From positions 53,506,001 to 53,570,000 of the forward strand of contig JAGIQG010000009.1 of assembly GCA_024679065.1 (NCBI GenBank): a stretch of DNA of 64,000 nt, given 5' to 3'. Below, piece by piece: positions 25,730 through 39,351 of the stretch; position 1 is the first letter of the stretch, and the number at the start of each line of letters is the position of its first letter. The position numbers were made by a program, and so were the translations under genes. This stretch comes from Sphyrna mokarran (taxonomy: Eukaryota). The notes below the pieces were generated by a model. It saw nothing but the letters and a program-made list of their open reading frames with translations, was not told the DNA's origin and searched no databases.

Positions 25730-26715
25730 CTGAGGTCACCATTGCCAAAGTCAGGGCAGCCTTAGCAAAAAATAACTAAGCCAGATGGGGTACCTAGACA
25801 AGCACTCAGGTCCTACATGGATCAGCTGACGGTGATATTTGCAGGCATCTTCAACCTCTCTTTACACCAATCTGAGGTCCCTATTGGCTTCAAGACGACG
25901 ACCATCATCCCAGTATTAAACAAAAGCCAGGCAGTGTGCCATAATGATGCTCTGCCATTTATCATTATGAAGTGCTTTAAAAGGTTAGTCATGGCACAAA
26001 TCAATTCACACTGTCTGGATCCACTACAGTTCACCTATCATCACAACAGATACACAGCAATGCTAGCTCACTGGCCCTACATTCAACCCTGGAACATGTA
26101 GATAACAAAGACCCCTATGTCAGACTCCTATTCATAGACTACAGCTCAGCCTTTAACACAGTTATTCCTATGAGACTCACCTCCAGACTTCATGGTCTGG
26201 GGTCAGCTCCTTCTACTGCAACTGGATCCTAGACTTTCTAATCCACAGACCGCAGTTGGTAAGGACAGGTAACGACACCTTCTCCATGATCATCCTCAAT
26301 AGCCCCTTACTATACTCCTTATACACCTCTGATAGTATGACCAAATTCTTCTCCAATTTGATTTTCAAGTTTGCTAATGGCAGCACTGTAATGGTCGGAT
26401 CTGAATCAATGATGAGACAGAGTACAAGAAAGAGATAGAGAATCTAGTGAACAGATGCAATGACAATAATCTCTCCCTCAATGTCAACAGAAAGAAGGAA
26501 TAGTCATCGACTTTAGGAAGCTTGATGGAGGGCATGCCGCTGCCAACGTCAAGGGAATGAAATAAAAATGATTAAGAACTTCAAGTTTTCAGATATCTAG
26601 ATTACTGACAAGTTGTCATGGTCCCTCCATGCAGACACTATAGTTAAGAAAGCCCACCAACACCTCTACTTTCTCAGGAGACTAAGGAAATTTGGCATGT
26701 CTGCTACATCTCTCA
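25730..26715 (+). mobile_element. Rex1/Babar-type LINE RT fragment
   Basis: [45 protein letters not shown] and KKAHQHLYFLRRLRKFGMS are typical Rex1/Babar RT motifs. Frameshifted. Confidence 0.85.
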
Positions 26716-27479
26716 CCTTGGATCAAAGGCCCAAAATAACCTACTCCAGTACTTTAGTTCCTATTTCCTGTCTTATACAACTGTGGTCTATAAGCAAAGA
26801 ATAATTTGAATTTAAAATCATTTAAGGAAGATATTCCTGACCATGTTACATATCCCCAAATTCAGGAAAGATACAATTCTAGGGAAGATGAATGAAAAGC
26901 AATTTCAGAATCTTTTGAAATCAGAGAAGAAGACAGCAAGATGGAGTGATATGTGGGGATGGAACAGGCCCCAGAGGACAAATGAGTTATAATCAAAGTT
27001 CAGTTTCTGATAGTGGAGTGAAGAATGAATGAGCAGCAATCAGTAGCAGAGGAGATAGTGTGTTTATATGTAGGGTTCTGGAACTGGAAAATATATTAAT
27101 GTTGAGGGAAATTCAGGGGGCATAAGAAGGGTACGTTCCATTGATGGAAGAAAATAATCTGAGGAATAGACAAGATGTGCAGTGAGTTCAGCTCAGTGTT
27201 GCACAAGATTAAAAAGTTGTGCACCTCCAAACTTGTCTTAAAAGGACTATCTGGAACTTGATGAAATCCAAGTCAGAAGGATTTAGATACTGGTGGGAGG
27301 CAAAATGGTCAGTTTTGGTTATGCTAACGTTGAACTTAAAGAACTTTCTCTCCAAAACTTACTACTGAACTGGTAGCAGCAAAATGATGTGATAGCTAGG
27401 TTAAAGTGGAAAGGTAAAGTTGGCTACCTCCATTGCTTGTAGTGCTTGGGACGAATAGGAGGAAACTTGGGATATTGTT

Positions 27480-27845
27480 GGGATTCTTTCACAGGGTGTT
27501 GTTAGTTGCTCATACCAAATTGCCCTTGAATTGAATGACTGGTTAGGCTATTTCAGAGGACAGCTAAGAGTCAACCACATATGAATCTGGAGTCACATGT
27601 AGGCCAAAACAGGTTAGGACGGCAGATTTCCTTTCCCAGAGAGCATTAGTGAACCAGAATTTACAACAATCAATTACGATTTCATGGCTACCATTACTGA
27701 AATTAAGTTTCAATTCCAGATTTCAATAAATGAATTTAAATTCCTTCAACTGCTATTGTGGGATTTGAACCTGTGTCCTCAGAGCGTTAGTCTGGCCCTC
27801 TGGATTATTAGCACTATGACATTACCATGACTTCACCATCTCTCT
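27480..27845 (-). mobile_element. SINE family B
   Basis: AGAGTCAACCACAT..CTGGAGTCACATGTAGGCC..GGCAGATTTCCTT..ATTAGTGAACCAG is the reverse complement of the 11.3 kb copy. Confidence 0.75.
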
Positions 27846-28881
27846 GTTATTCCTGTATTACTTTGCATATGCAGGAGGAGCAATGTTTAAGCAGTGACCT
27901 GACTGTATTAGAAGAGATAAGACTGAAACAACAGGTTAGAATTCAAAGGAATGCAGTGAATTGGAATGGAAAACCATATCAAATGTAAGAATTAGGCCTC
28001 ACCCTGGCCTTAGACTCTCCTTGCACCCCACGCTACTTATTATGCTGATAGAGTCTTCATATGCCGTTCAATTTTGGGTTGTCATGGAAAAAGGATAAGG
28101 TAGACCAGGAATAAAATGTTTTAACTGGGGAAAGGCCAATTTAATAACTTGTGTTGTGATTTAGCAAAATGGAACTGAAAGCAGCTATCTGAAGGTAAAT
28201 CAATTTCACTGCAGTGGTAAACATTCAGCGGAGATCAAGAGCGTCTAGAAAAAATATTTCCAACAAAGGAAAAAGTTAGGGTTCCTCAATCTAAACTCAC
28301 TGAATGCTGACAGGAAATTACACAGTAGGATAAGGCAGAAAGAAAGCCTGAAGGACTATAAGAAAAGTGCAATGGTGAAATTAAAAAGGAAAGTTAGGAA
28401 TTTCCTTCTGGGGAGTGTATCTTTCACTCACTCCAGGGCATGAAAAACTATTGGCAAGTAAAATTAAGAAAAATTCATTAATGACTTGTAAATGTAAAAA
28501 TAATGAGGATAGCTAGATAAAGAGAAGGGTTTTGAGGAAGTACATAGATAAGTTAGAGTCATTGATTGATCACAGCAGAGAAGAAGGTGACTACATGCTG
28601 GCTTTTTACAAGCTCAGTTCCCACTCCCCACCCTCTTCCTGTCACCAGACGGTTGTTTTCTCTTTAAGTGTTTATCAAATTCCTTTTTGAAAGCCACTAA
28701 TGTATTTGCCTTCATCACCCTTTCAGGCAGTACATTCCAATGGGGAATAATGACTAGATGTACATTTTTTTATGTCAGTTTTGATTGTTTTGTCAATCAA
28801 CTTATATCTCTGATTTGGTTTTTGACCCTTGTGCAAATCGGAACAATTTCTCTCTCTCTCTCTCTCTCTACTTACTTGTTG

Positions 28882-29008
28882 TAGACTAAATTTTAAAGCT
28901 CTGCTGTGGCAGGCACCAGACCATGAATTGTAGTCAGCTGTTTAAAACCCATTGACTTCGGTGAGACCGGAAAATCCCATCTGCGGGAGGGGCTGTAAAA
29001 TTCCATCC
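28882..29008. mobile_element. Harbinger-type MITE (degenerate)
   Basis: About 125 bp ending GTAAAATTCCATCC, with internal GGAAAATCCC resembling the other MITEs. Confidence 0.4.
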
Positions 29009-29009
29009 A

Positions 29010-29850
29010 TAAATTTTGAATAACACTGTCAAATCTCATCTCACCTCCTCCTCTGTAAGGAGAACAAACCCAACTTCTCTAATCTATCTTAAATGAAGTT
29101 CCTCAGCCTGGGAACCAATCTTATAAATCTATTCAACTCCTTCTTTAAAGGTTTTACATCTGCCTAGAGAAATGTGCCCAGAATTGGATACAATACTCCA
29201 GTCATAGCATTTCATAAAGGCTCATCATAACTTTCTTGATCTCATACTCCAGGCCTCTATTTATAAAACCCGGGATTCCATATGCCTTTTTAACACTTTC
29301 TTAACCTGTCTTGCCACCTTCAATGACTTGCATACAAAATGCCCCAGGCCATTTTGTTTCTGTCCCCTCTTTATTCAGCCTTACATTCATCTGCCAAATG
29401 TTCACCCATTCCATCGGCCTGACTATGAAGTCTATCACTATTCTTCACTAAAAATGTTTAACTTGTATCTTATATAACTAAGTATACGTCATTCATAAAT
29501 GTCAGGAAAAGCAGTGATCCCAGTATCAACTCTGGAGAACCCCACTGTGTATCTTCCACTCACTCCAGAAGCAATCATTTAACTCTGTTTCCTGTCATTC
29601 AGCTAACTCTGTAACCATTGCCACCAATGCTGCCATTGTCCCTTTTATGTCCATGGACTTCAACTTTGATGGCAAGCCCATTACATGGCATTTTACTGAA
29701 CACCATGTTACCCACATTGGCCTTCTCTGTTACCTAACTGAAAAACCTCAATCAAATTAGTTAAGCATGATTTAACTTTAATAAATCCTTGCTGACTTTC
29801 ATTAATTACTCTGAACTTGTCTAAGTGACTGCTAATTTGTCTCAGCTAGA
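29010..29850 (-). mobile_element. Degraded CR1 fragment
   Basis: CCCAGAATTGGATACAATACTCCAG (reverse of LEYCIQFW) and upstream RT-region remnants. Confidence 0.65.
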
Positions 29851-30076
29851 GAGTGATGGGGACCTGAAAAGTGCATTGTCGTATGCAGTTGAAGTGGCTT
29901 AACCTGGAAGGCTAAGGACTAAACCAAAAAGTAGGGTTAAGCTGTATATTACTATTACTATTACTATTGACCTGTCTTCTGGGTACACATTTTTTAACTA
30001 ATCTTTCAATATATTTCAGAAAATCTATTAATAGCCAACACTGTTCAGGAAATTTAAGATAACTTAGTTTTAAAAA

Positions 30077-30354
30077 AATTGTTTATTAGTGTCACAACTA
30101 GGCTTACATTAACACTGCAGTAAAGTTACTGTGAAAATCCCCTAGTGGCCACAGCCTGGTATCTCTTCAGAGGGAGAATTTAGCATGGTCAATGCACCTC
30201 ACCAGCACTGTGGGAGAAAACCACAGCACCTGGAGGAAATGCATGCAGACACAGAGAGGACGTGCAGACTCCGCACAGACAATGAGCCAAGCCAGGAATC
30301 AAGCCCAGGTCTCTATTGCTGTGAGGCAGCAGTGCCAACCTGTGCCACTGTGCA
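30077..30354 (-). mobile_element. V-SINE, alternative-tail subfamily
   Basis: TTTATTAGTGTCACAA..GGCTTACATTAACACTGC tail in reverse, plus V-domain. Confidence 0.85.
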
Positions 30355-30394
30355 TTGGCTCAAAGCAAATATTCTAAGGCCATTAAGAATAATG

Positions 30395-30730
30395 GTGAAC
30401 AACAGAGATATAGAGAGAACAGGAAAGAGAGAAAAACCGGCAAGAGGGAAAACAAGAGTGAGAACAGGAAAGAGAGTCAAAATAGGGAAGAGAGAAAATA
30501 GGAGTGAGAAAACTAGTAAAGGAAGAGAATGAAGAATGAATAAGAGAACAAGGGGAGTTACAAAAGACGAGATGAGACACCAAATGAAAGCTTGATCGAA
30601 CAAAGAGAAGACAAATAAGAATAAAAATGAATCAAAGAGTAAACAAAATGTGAAAGAAAATTGAAAAAAGGGAAAAGAACGAAAGAAAAGAAATAGACAT
30701 ACAAAGTCGATGCACAGAGAGAAAGGAATC
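30395..30730. repeat. GA-rich low-complexity tract
   Basis: Strongly purine-rich plus strand. Explains the F/L/S-rich ORF 30313-30732. Confidence 0.85.
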
Positions 30731-31286
30731 ACTGGGATTTAGTGTTATGTCAAAAAATGCTGGAAATACTGAGCAGGTCAGGCAGTATCTGTGGGGAAAG
30801 AAAGAGTTAATGGGGGAATATTATGCACACTCTCTCATGGCTGGTTAGAGATAAGAAGGGCATTGATAAGGTGAAAGTGTCATGTAAACACTTTTGTCAT
30901 CTTGTCGCTTCTGCCAAAATTGAGTCCAGGCCAGGAAGGCCAATGGTCGCACATCAAATACCGTGGTCTTTGTTCAAAGGAATTTGATGTCTGGTAGAAA
31001 GACTGAGCTTCAGGAAATGGGGGTGGACAGCAGAGACTCACTCACTTTCTGTGCTGCTAATCCCCTTCCACGTATCTGATCACAGCCTGAAATCCCTCTA
31101 CCTGTGCTCACTGTGTAGGATAAAAAAAGACTTCATGCAGGACATGAAGTTTAAAAGTACCTAATTAAAACATAGTTTACTCTGGTTTGAACCCTTTTAT
31201 GTGTATTTATATGTATAAATATAGTGAAAATACATACATGTATATACTCAAAAGGTCACAAAATGGTGCTATTATACTTGTCTCCT

Positions 31287-31585
31287 GGGTGGCATGGTGG
31301 CACAGTATTTAGCTGCCTCACTGTGCCACAGACTTGGGTTCAATCCCCAGCTTGGGTCACTGTTTGTGTGGAGTTTGTACATTCTCTCCGTGTCTGCGTG
31401 CATTTCCTCCGGGTGCCCCGGTTTCCTCCCACAGTCCAAAGATGTGTTGGTTAGCATCAGCCATGTTAAATTCTCTCTCAGAGTACTCAAACAGGTGCCA
31501 GAGTGTGGAGACTAGGGGATTTTCACAGTAACTTCATTACAATGTTAATGTAAGCCCGCTTGTGACTAATAAATAAACTTTACTT
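31287..31585 (+). mobile_element. V-SINE, alternative-tail subfamily
   Basis: GGTGGCATGGTGGCACAG head, V-domain, and GTGACTAATAAATAAACTTT end. Confidence 0.88.
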
Positions 31586-31648
31586 TTCTACTTTATCGAT
31601 AATATCTCTCAAAAGTTAAAATTCCATACAACCTCTGATGAATATATT

Positions 31649-31776
31649 GGGGTGAATATTCCTGCTCCACCTGCCCATGGGAATCATCACGGGCGAGCGG
31701 TGGATCATGGGAAGATCATTTGACCTTGGGCTGGATTTTCCTGTTTCAGGGCAAGAGTGTCTGGAAAATCCAATCC
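31649..31776. mobile_element. Harbinger-type MITE
   Basis: GGGGTGAATATTCC...GGAAAATCCAATCC termini. Internal GACCTTGGGCTGGATTTTCC matches the 14.5 kb copy. Confidence 0.6.
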
Positions 31777-33085
31777 ACTGTTTTTCAATTATAACTACTG
31801 GTTTCTTATTCATCAAAGAACTAAGAACAAAGAACAAAACAGCATGGGAAACAGGCCCCTTCGGCCCAACGAGCCTGCACCGCCGCCTCGATGTTCCCAC
31901 TTCTACCCATGATCCCTGTCATCCCTGTCTATGTTTATAGATTTATGCATTAGAACCAAATTTGAGACAATTTAGGGAGAATTTGTTCTGCCAATCAGCC
32001 TAAGAGCTCATCTTTGGGATGTGGAAGGGAACCAGAGCACCCCGAGAAAACCCACGCAAGCACGGGGAGAATGCGCAAATTCCCACAGAAATACCTTAGA
32101 GGATACTTTCTTTCTTGATCACCTTGAGCCATGTGGGCCTGAGCCTGAGGAGAAATTTTTACCCTGTGACCTTCAATTGAATGTTTCACTTCATCAGACA
32201 TTACTGTCTGACTGTGAGGTGGATCCAAACTGATTTCTGTCACAACTCACATTGGAGTAACTATTGGAGTGACTATATACCTACTCATATACCAATTATC
32301 TAATTCATCAGACTGATTTGATTCTTCCCAGCTCCTTCCACTCTGTGAATCTCTGATGGTAAAACATAATCCATATGTACAAATATAGGGGTGATTTTCC
32401 CTCCTCCCCCCCCAAAAAAGTGCCCAACTGGTGGGAAAATGGGAGATTCTCCCATTTATTTAGTTAGTTGAATTTCCAGCATGGTGTTGGAGGGACATGG
32501 TCTAATCCCACCTGAAAGGCCAGCATCATTGTGCTGAGTAGGCCACTGCGCATGCGTCGATCTTAGGGAGATTAGTGGATGTGCAGTGCCCCCAACCCCA
32601 GCCTCTCTATGGCTTCCCTGAACCACTCCCCCGATTGCTCCCCCCGCCCCTTGCCTTTCCTCCCTCTCCTAGTTGTTGGCCCTGACCAATTCCCACCTTG
32701 TTGCCAGCTGCGACATACCCACAACTACCCCTTGAAAATGGCCAGTCCAATCCCCTTCCCTGAATGGCCAATTCATCCTCCCACCCCACATGGCTAGACA
32801 ACCTCTCCACCACTAACAACCAGCTCGACACCCCCATTGCCAGCCCCGATTGCTTCCTTCCTCCCTCACCAATCGCTGTGCACAGCAGTCCCCTCCCTCA
32901 CCACCACTGAGCAGCCAGCTCTGGTCTGCACCCCCACCCCCCCTAGAACTCCCCCCCCCCCTCTCAGGCTCAGGCTTTTTGACACTGCCTGGTGTCCAGT
33001 GGACAGTGTCAGGGTACCGGTGGGCAGTGCCAAGCTGGCACTCCAAGCGCTATAGTCCCTGTTACTGTCTTCCTGGGGAATCTTA

Positions 33086-33365
33086 ATTAAAAAATCCCTG
33101 CACTGTAAAAAAAGGCCTTGCAGCCCATTGAGTCTGCATAGACAACAATCCCACCCAGACCTTATTCTGTTACCTCATGTATTTACTCTGTAATCTCCCT
33201 GACACTAAGAGGCAATTTACCATGGTCAATCAACCTAACCCGCACATCTTTAGAGTGTGGGAAGAAACCGGAGCACTCAGAAGAAACCCATGCAGACACA
33301 GGGAGAAGATGCAGACTCCACACAGTGACCCAAGATTAGAATTGAACTCGGGTCTCTGGTGCTCT
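33086..33365 (-). mobile_element. HE1-like V-SINE nested in the Harbinger element
   Basis: V-domain in reverse, flanked by direct repeat GAATCTTA (33078-33085, 33366-33373). Confidence 0.8.
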
Positions 33366-33525
33366 GAATCTTATGCCTCATTAGTAAAAGTTTTTATGCC
33401 CCCATGAATCATGAGCCTTACACCGTGTTCCCTCTGATTCACCTAACCTGCAACAGCTTAATCACTGCAAACATTGGAAGGCTTTATATAAATGGCCCCC
33501 CAGCTCTGCAGAACGACTGCAGAGA

Positions 33526-33758
33526 ATGGCAGCCAATAAAGTCCACGCCTCACATTTCAGAGGGAGCCTTCACCAGGAGGCTGGATGGAGCGGAGCAGAG
33601 ATGAGACACTCTCTACCCCCACTCCAGGAGTCAGCCTTCCAGCAGGGTCACCACCCTTGCCTGGGTTGCCGTGCAACTGGGTCAGTGCAGACGCGCTCCA
33701 GGAGAGGACAGGGCAGCTGTGTCAGAAGAAGATGAATGATCTTCTTCATTCAGGCAGA
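33526..33758 (+). pseudogene. Harbinger Myb/SANT-like DNA-binding gene, exon 1 (disrupted)
   Basis: Across frameshifts: PHISEGAFTRRLDGAEQR*DTLYP..AWVAV..VSADALQERTGQLCQKKMNDLLHSGR, then donor GTAAGT. Candidate downstream acceptors TGCAG near 34005 and 34243. Confidence 0.75.
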
Positions 33759-35869
33759 GTAAGTGACCACCTCCAGTCTCCCATTGAACCCCCTCACACA
33801 CCCATTGCATCTCCAATTCCACCTCCCAGTCAGCTAACTGCCAATACCTGGCACAAGGCTCTCCTTCCCCCTCCTATAATCACTATGTCCCCCCAGTAGC
33901 TGCCATGCTCCTCACGCTCCCGCTCCCACTCATAAACCCCACGCCTCACCATCATCTTCAATCTCACAACTCCTGCCTACACTCTCCCTCTCTGTGTCAT
34001 TGCAGGACGAACTCAACCGCGTGAGAGTTGGAGCCAGTTGGAGGCATATCAGAACCCATGACCAGACCTCGAGCTGGCCGGGAAGGAGGAAGAACGTGTC
34101 TGGACAGCTGATAAAGTGGGAGCAGCAGAGAAACCTGATAATCCTCAACACATATACTGTCATTCCTCAAGTCCTAAATGAATTAGCAATGCTCGCTCGG
34201 TATCCCCCATAATGCACTGATGCCCTGTCCCTTCTCTTGCAGGCTGAACAGTGAACAAGTTGAAACATCCTCATGCCTTCTGGAACCACAGGACATAAAT
34301 GACTCTGAGGGAGATTTCCGCTGTTGAAGAGGTGTCACAGCCATCATCTGCACTAGGCACCAGCGTGGATATTCACACCTCAGTGGGTTCACTAAGCAAC
34401 CAGCCTTCTGGGTCAATCACTGGTGAGCACAGCTGAAGATCCGCAGCAGTCAGAGACAAGACGTCCCAGGGAAGTGGCACTTGGAGCCCTTGCCGATAAT
34501 GTGGCCGTGGGCCTGGTTATCCCATAGCTGCTGGAGCTGCAGAAGCAGAGTGACCAGCGGCAAGAAGTGATGACAACCCTTGGACTGCAAGTCTGACTGG
34601 AGAAGTCCCATTGCCTTGTGTCTGAGGAGATGGTGTCATGCCTGCAGCACAACAAGGCAAACACTGTGAGGCTGGCATCCCCAGCAGAGACCTTGGCGCA
34701 GGATGTGCACTCCATGGCAGGGGATGTCTGCACCATGGCTCAGCTCGTGACCTCCACGTCGGAAGGTCTGAACTCTGTAGTGCAGGGCTTTGACTGGATA
34801 GTGCAAGCACTGGTGGAAATCAATGAGGGTCAGCGCCAGATCTTCTGGATCTCACTTCAGCTGTCCCTCCATCCTATGGAGGAGTACAAGGGCTTCCGGG
34901 AACCTGAATGGAAAAGGATGAGCAGGAATACAGCTTGGGGATGTCTAACCAGCGGAGCCAGGGTGTCTCCACACCACTGCCTTTGAACAATTGAGCGACA
35001 CACCTCCAGACCTGTACACAGAGGGGAAAGCAGTCAAACATTCATACTACCTAAAAGCTGACCTGGACCTTTGAGGCCCCAGTCCACTATGGGACACCTT
35101 AAATGTGAGGATGATTGAGAAACTATTGGCAATTGATGGGCGTGGTTGAAACTAGGCATTATTGCAATTAGGTGACTACTGTATTGAATATTTTGCATGA
35201 AGATACTCATGGATTCTCTCCAGTGCCTGCACCATGTAATTGAAGGCCTCCACTGTGGAGTGCCCTTAGACATGGAGGTGACCAAATAGCTTCACCCTGC
35301 CTGTTCATGCCATCAAGCTTGGGGAAACCACCATGCTCACCTGTGCCTCATCCGTGTGAATGTGAGAATGGTAGCGTGATGCCCCTCCCATACGGATGAT
35401 GGGATAAGGATGCTAGAAGGCCTTCATAGCGCTCCCACCTCATGTCTAACAGTGTTCCATAGCAATGTCAAAGGCAAAGGCTGTCGAGGTGCTGCCAGGC
35501 TGCCATCTTGGCTGTAAGATGGATGTGAACACTAATAATCCTGAGGATGGTAAGGCCTGGAGCAGCAGGCCATGTTTCTGAGCCTTATTGGAAACACATT
35601 TGATAGCAGGACACATTCAGCTCTCAGTCAGGCAGGAGTCAGACATATCACTGTGGTTGAGAGGACCATTGCTCTGTACTTAATACAAGTCATCATCGTT
35701 CTCCCACAGAGACCGGCCAATAGCTTCAGCGCCCTGCCTGTGCCGTCCGGCAACAACATAGGTACATACTGCTGGCACAACACGACGGGTTAGATGTTAG
35801 TCCCCATGGGGGGAAAGTTGATTGATCCTAGTCATGTTTACCCCAAATAAGATGTTATGAGGCCATCTC

Positions 35870-36320
35870 TAGCTTGCCAGCCCAGTTGATCGCTGACCAC
35901 TGCCTAGGGTTTCCTCCACCTCCTCTTCTGCGTGGTCATCCTCACCGTTTCCTCATCATCCTCCTCTTCCGAGGGGATGTGGCACTCCCCCACTTCCTCC
36001 AGGTCCAGGTCGTTTCACTTCTACAGCGCTAGATTGTGGAGAACACAGCAGGCTACATTGACGCAGGAGACTCTCTGGGGGGACCAGTGTGTGCATCACA
36101 GTGAGAGCATCATTGAAACGAGTCTCAGCTGGTGTTTGTGGCCTACAGGCTGAAATCATCAGCCACCCCTTGAGTGGGTGCCCTCTGACCCTGAGGAACC
36201 AATCCTTCAGCTGTGGCTCTCACTCACAGATGGCTGGGATCTGAGATCGCCCATGATGCAGCTATCATGAATGCTACCTGGGAAACAGGCACAAACCTGC
36301 ATGAAAGGAGGTCTGCAAGT
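35870..36320 (-). pseudogene. Harbinger (HARBI1-like, DDE_Tnp_4) transposase C-terminal remnant
   Basis: MQVCACFPGSIHDSCI, RPQTPAETRFNDA and PQRVSCVNVACCVLHNLAL followed by an acidic tail. Contains frameshifts and deletions. Confidence 0.85.
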
Positions 36321-36569
36321 GACTCTTTCTGACCTCTTTCCCAAAATTTTGATTCTGGGTCCCCACCCCTGGCCCTTTGTTGAAATTATCTGTGTCCCCC
36401 ATATTCTCTCTGGTGCCCTCTGAATAGTGAATACTGCAAGTATGCTGCCTAGCTGAACACTCACTTCCGAAATCCCTCACAGAGATGAAGCTGCCACATT
36501 AACGCTTACATAGAGCTGTGTAAATGGTGCCAGCTTGACATCATGCCAGCGGTGATGGATTTGGCATCC

Positions 36570-36900
36570 CCTTGAAAATTGCAAAGTGTGAAGAAACACA
36601 ATTGGAACTGATGAAACTGAAAAAGACACATCTGTGCATTAATGGTCAAATGTGACTAGGTCTTATCATCTAACTAGTTGCTGATAGGCATTTGTCAGAT
36701 CGAACCTTAAAAATATCTGGCTTCCTGACAACATTGTGAACAGGTTCTCCACATTTGGCAAAGTTTTGGGACATTTATAATCCCACATCTTAGTCCGACT
36801 GTGATAACTTTGCAGGGTGGAAAAGAACTTGTATGACACACGGACTTCATGGACTCAATTAATTTATTCTGATTTGGCTTGATATACATGGGGAAATGGC
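36570..36900 (-). mobile_element. Gypsy/Ty3 LTR-retrotransposon pol (RT) remnant
   Basis: Minus strand gives a frameshifted CGDYK, then LPNVENLFTMLSGSQIFLRFDLTNAYQQL and LTINAQMCLFQF..AIFQ, matching Gypsy RT motifs. Confidence 0.75.
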
Positions 36901-37904
36901 CACAAGACGGTGCTACTGCACCAGCATGACTGACCTCTGATTTGGGTCACTCCCAGCCCTCTGGAAGCCTGTCATTCCCAAAGCAGGCATATCTTGCAGA
37001 GGTTGCTGTGGCAGGGCTGTCATCATTCCCAAAGCAGCACTGGTGATGCTGCTGAGCAAATGAGCTGTAGCTGTCTGATTTCTGCCCCCCTGGTCCTTCA
37101 TCCTGGGGTGAAGATGGGATTGGAGGCAGGTGTAGAGGGGCAGAGATATTGGTGGGTCTTGCAAGCTGAGACAACAACACAGGTCTCTCGTTGGCAGTTG
37201 AGACACCTGATGTTTCAGGTTGATCAGCTATTATCAAAACTGGGAAAAGTTAGGGATATGATAGGTTTTGTGCAAGATGTGGGTGCGATAAGGACAAATC
37301 TGTAACAGTGCAAGAGACAGGAAAGATTGAAGAAATATTTCCAGCATTTTCTGTTTTTATTTCAGGTTTCCAGCAGTCTTCTTATTTTTTTGATTGGCAT
37401 CAGAACAACTTGCTTTGCGTGATAGCACAAAGAATAAATTGGATAATCTCTAATCCATTAACACCCCATTAACCTACATACACTTTACTATGTCTGACAG
37501 TGGCATGTAGGTCAGTTTACAGCATTCAATCTTCTCCAATCAGACGGATATATTTCAAATCCTTGTATAATTGATGTTCTGCTTTCTTTTCTGACTTAAC
37601 ACAAATCCCTGGACATGTGCTGCATGTAATCAAGTGTAAGTTTTCTTGCTCCTGTTTCACTCCCTCTCTTATTTTCTCTCCATTTTTTCAACTACTCTCT
37701 CTCTATTTCTCTCTTCCTGGTACAAACATGCATATATAGAACTAAAGGTTCAGTCAAAGTTTGAAGGTTTTAAACAAATCCCAAATGATGTGTAAGTTAA
37801 CTGCATTTTATATTGGGGATCTTCTATTATTTGTTACTATTTTTAAAGAAGAAAACTCAGTGCTAAATAGAAATTGCTCAAGAATATTTAATTGCTAGGT
37901 TAGC

Positions 37905-38765
37905 TTTGCAGCCATTAGAGTTTAGAAGAGTCAGAGGCGACTTAATTGCGACCATTAAGATCCTGAGGGATATTGACAGAGTGAATGTGGAAAAGATGTT
38001 TCCTCTTCATAGAATGTCTACAGTGCAGAAGGAGGCCATTTGGCCCATTGAGTCTGCAACAACCATAATATCACCCAGGGCCTACTCCTGTAACCCCCTC
38101 ATATTTATCTGCTAATCCGCTGGCCCTAAGGGTTAATTTTAGCATGACTAATCAACCTAATCCACACATCTTTGGACTGTGAGAGGAAACTGGAGCATCC
38201 AGAGGAAGCTCACGCAAACACCAGCAGAAAATGCAAGCTCCACATAGACAGAGACCTGAGGCTGGAATTGAACCCTGGCCCCTGGTGCTGTGAGGCAGCA
38301 GTACTAACTGTGCCACCATGCTCCCCAAAATGCAGTCCCAATTATCAGGTAGCAAAGAAAGCCAGCAGATGGATTCCTGCCAAAACTCAGGCTTTAGATC
38401 TTCAGTCTAATGCTCTTCAACTAAACTATTTCAGTTTTTGTTGAAGAACCCAGAACTAGGGGTTATGGTTTAAAAAAATAAACGATTGTTCATTTAAGAC
38501 AGAAATGAGGAGAACATTTTCTCTCAGAGGGTCATGTGTCTCTAGAACTCTCTTCCTTAAAAGGCAGTGGAAGCAGAGTCTTTGAATACCTTTAAGGCAG
38601 AGCTGGATAGATTCTTGATTCACAAGGGGAGAAGTGAGTGTAAGATTATCGGGGTAGGCAGCAATGTGAAGTTGAGGTTACAGTCAGATCAGTCACAACC
38701 TTATTGAATGAAGAAGCAGGCTCGAAGGGCCGAGTGGCTTACTTCTGCTCCTAATTCGTATATTC
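37905..38765 (+). mobile_element. CR1 3' end with a V-SINE (38008-38322, minus) inserted
   Basis: LEFRRVRGDLI..KILRDIDRV..EKMFPL, resuming at about 38446. 3' UTR GGCTCGAAGGGCCGAGTGGCTTACTTCTGCTCC. Confidence 0.8.
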
Positions 38766-39351
38766 GTTTGCTACTGATAGTCCCACTTAAATTTTAAATG
38801 CATTCCTTGATAATATGATTGAAAATTAATTGAAGCATTTCAATGCTGAGAATGTTAAAACATTTTTAGGAACATGACTTCTATGTTTATAACTTATAAT
38901 CCAGTTTATTGGACTTGTATCCCTCTATGCCTTCACTTCAGAAATATATCTAATTATGTTTTGAATAAATTTACATTTCAATACCACCAACACCTTTTCA
39001 TCCTGTATTAACATACTCTCTGGAACTTGTTAACAACATATCTGCCCATGCCTCACAGTCACAACTTTGAAAATTCATAGCAAGAGAACTCTTTGTCACA
39101 GTTAGTATTTTGTACTATATTGGCTTGTCTATTTTACTGCATTTGCTTTTACTTGATTTGCAATGAAGCAATTAATTTGTACATTTTTGATGATGCTTCT
39201 CAAATTCTTTGCTCCAAAGGGTTTTTTATTATTAATTTGTGAACATAGGCTTTGCTGGCTATGATGCGGAGATGCCAGCGTTGGACTGAGTAAACACAGT
39301 AAGAAGTCTGACAACACCAGGTTTAAATCCAACCAATTTATTTGATAGTAA

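Larger units (their letters stand above)
32388..36570. mobile_element. Decayed PIF/Harbinger transposon with convergent Myb/SANT and transposase genes
   Basis: GC-rich island starting GGGGTGATTTTCC. Both Harbinger genes are recognisable. Right TIR not found, so the right boundary is approximate. Confidence 0.8.

Noticed and set aside
30313-30732. 139-aa hydrophobic ORF resembling a membrane protein
   Set aside because: Reverse strand of a GA-rich low-complexity tract running into a SINE.
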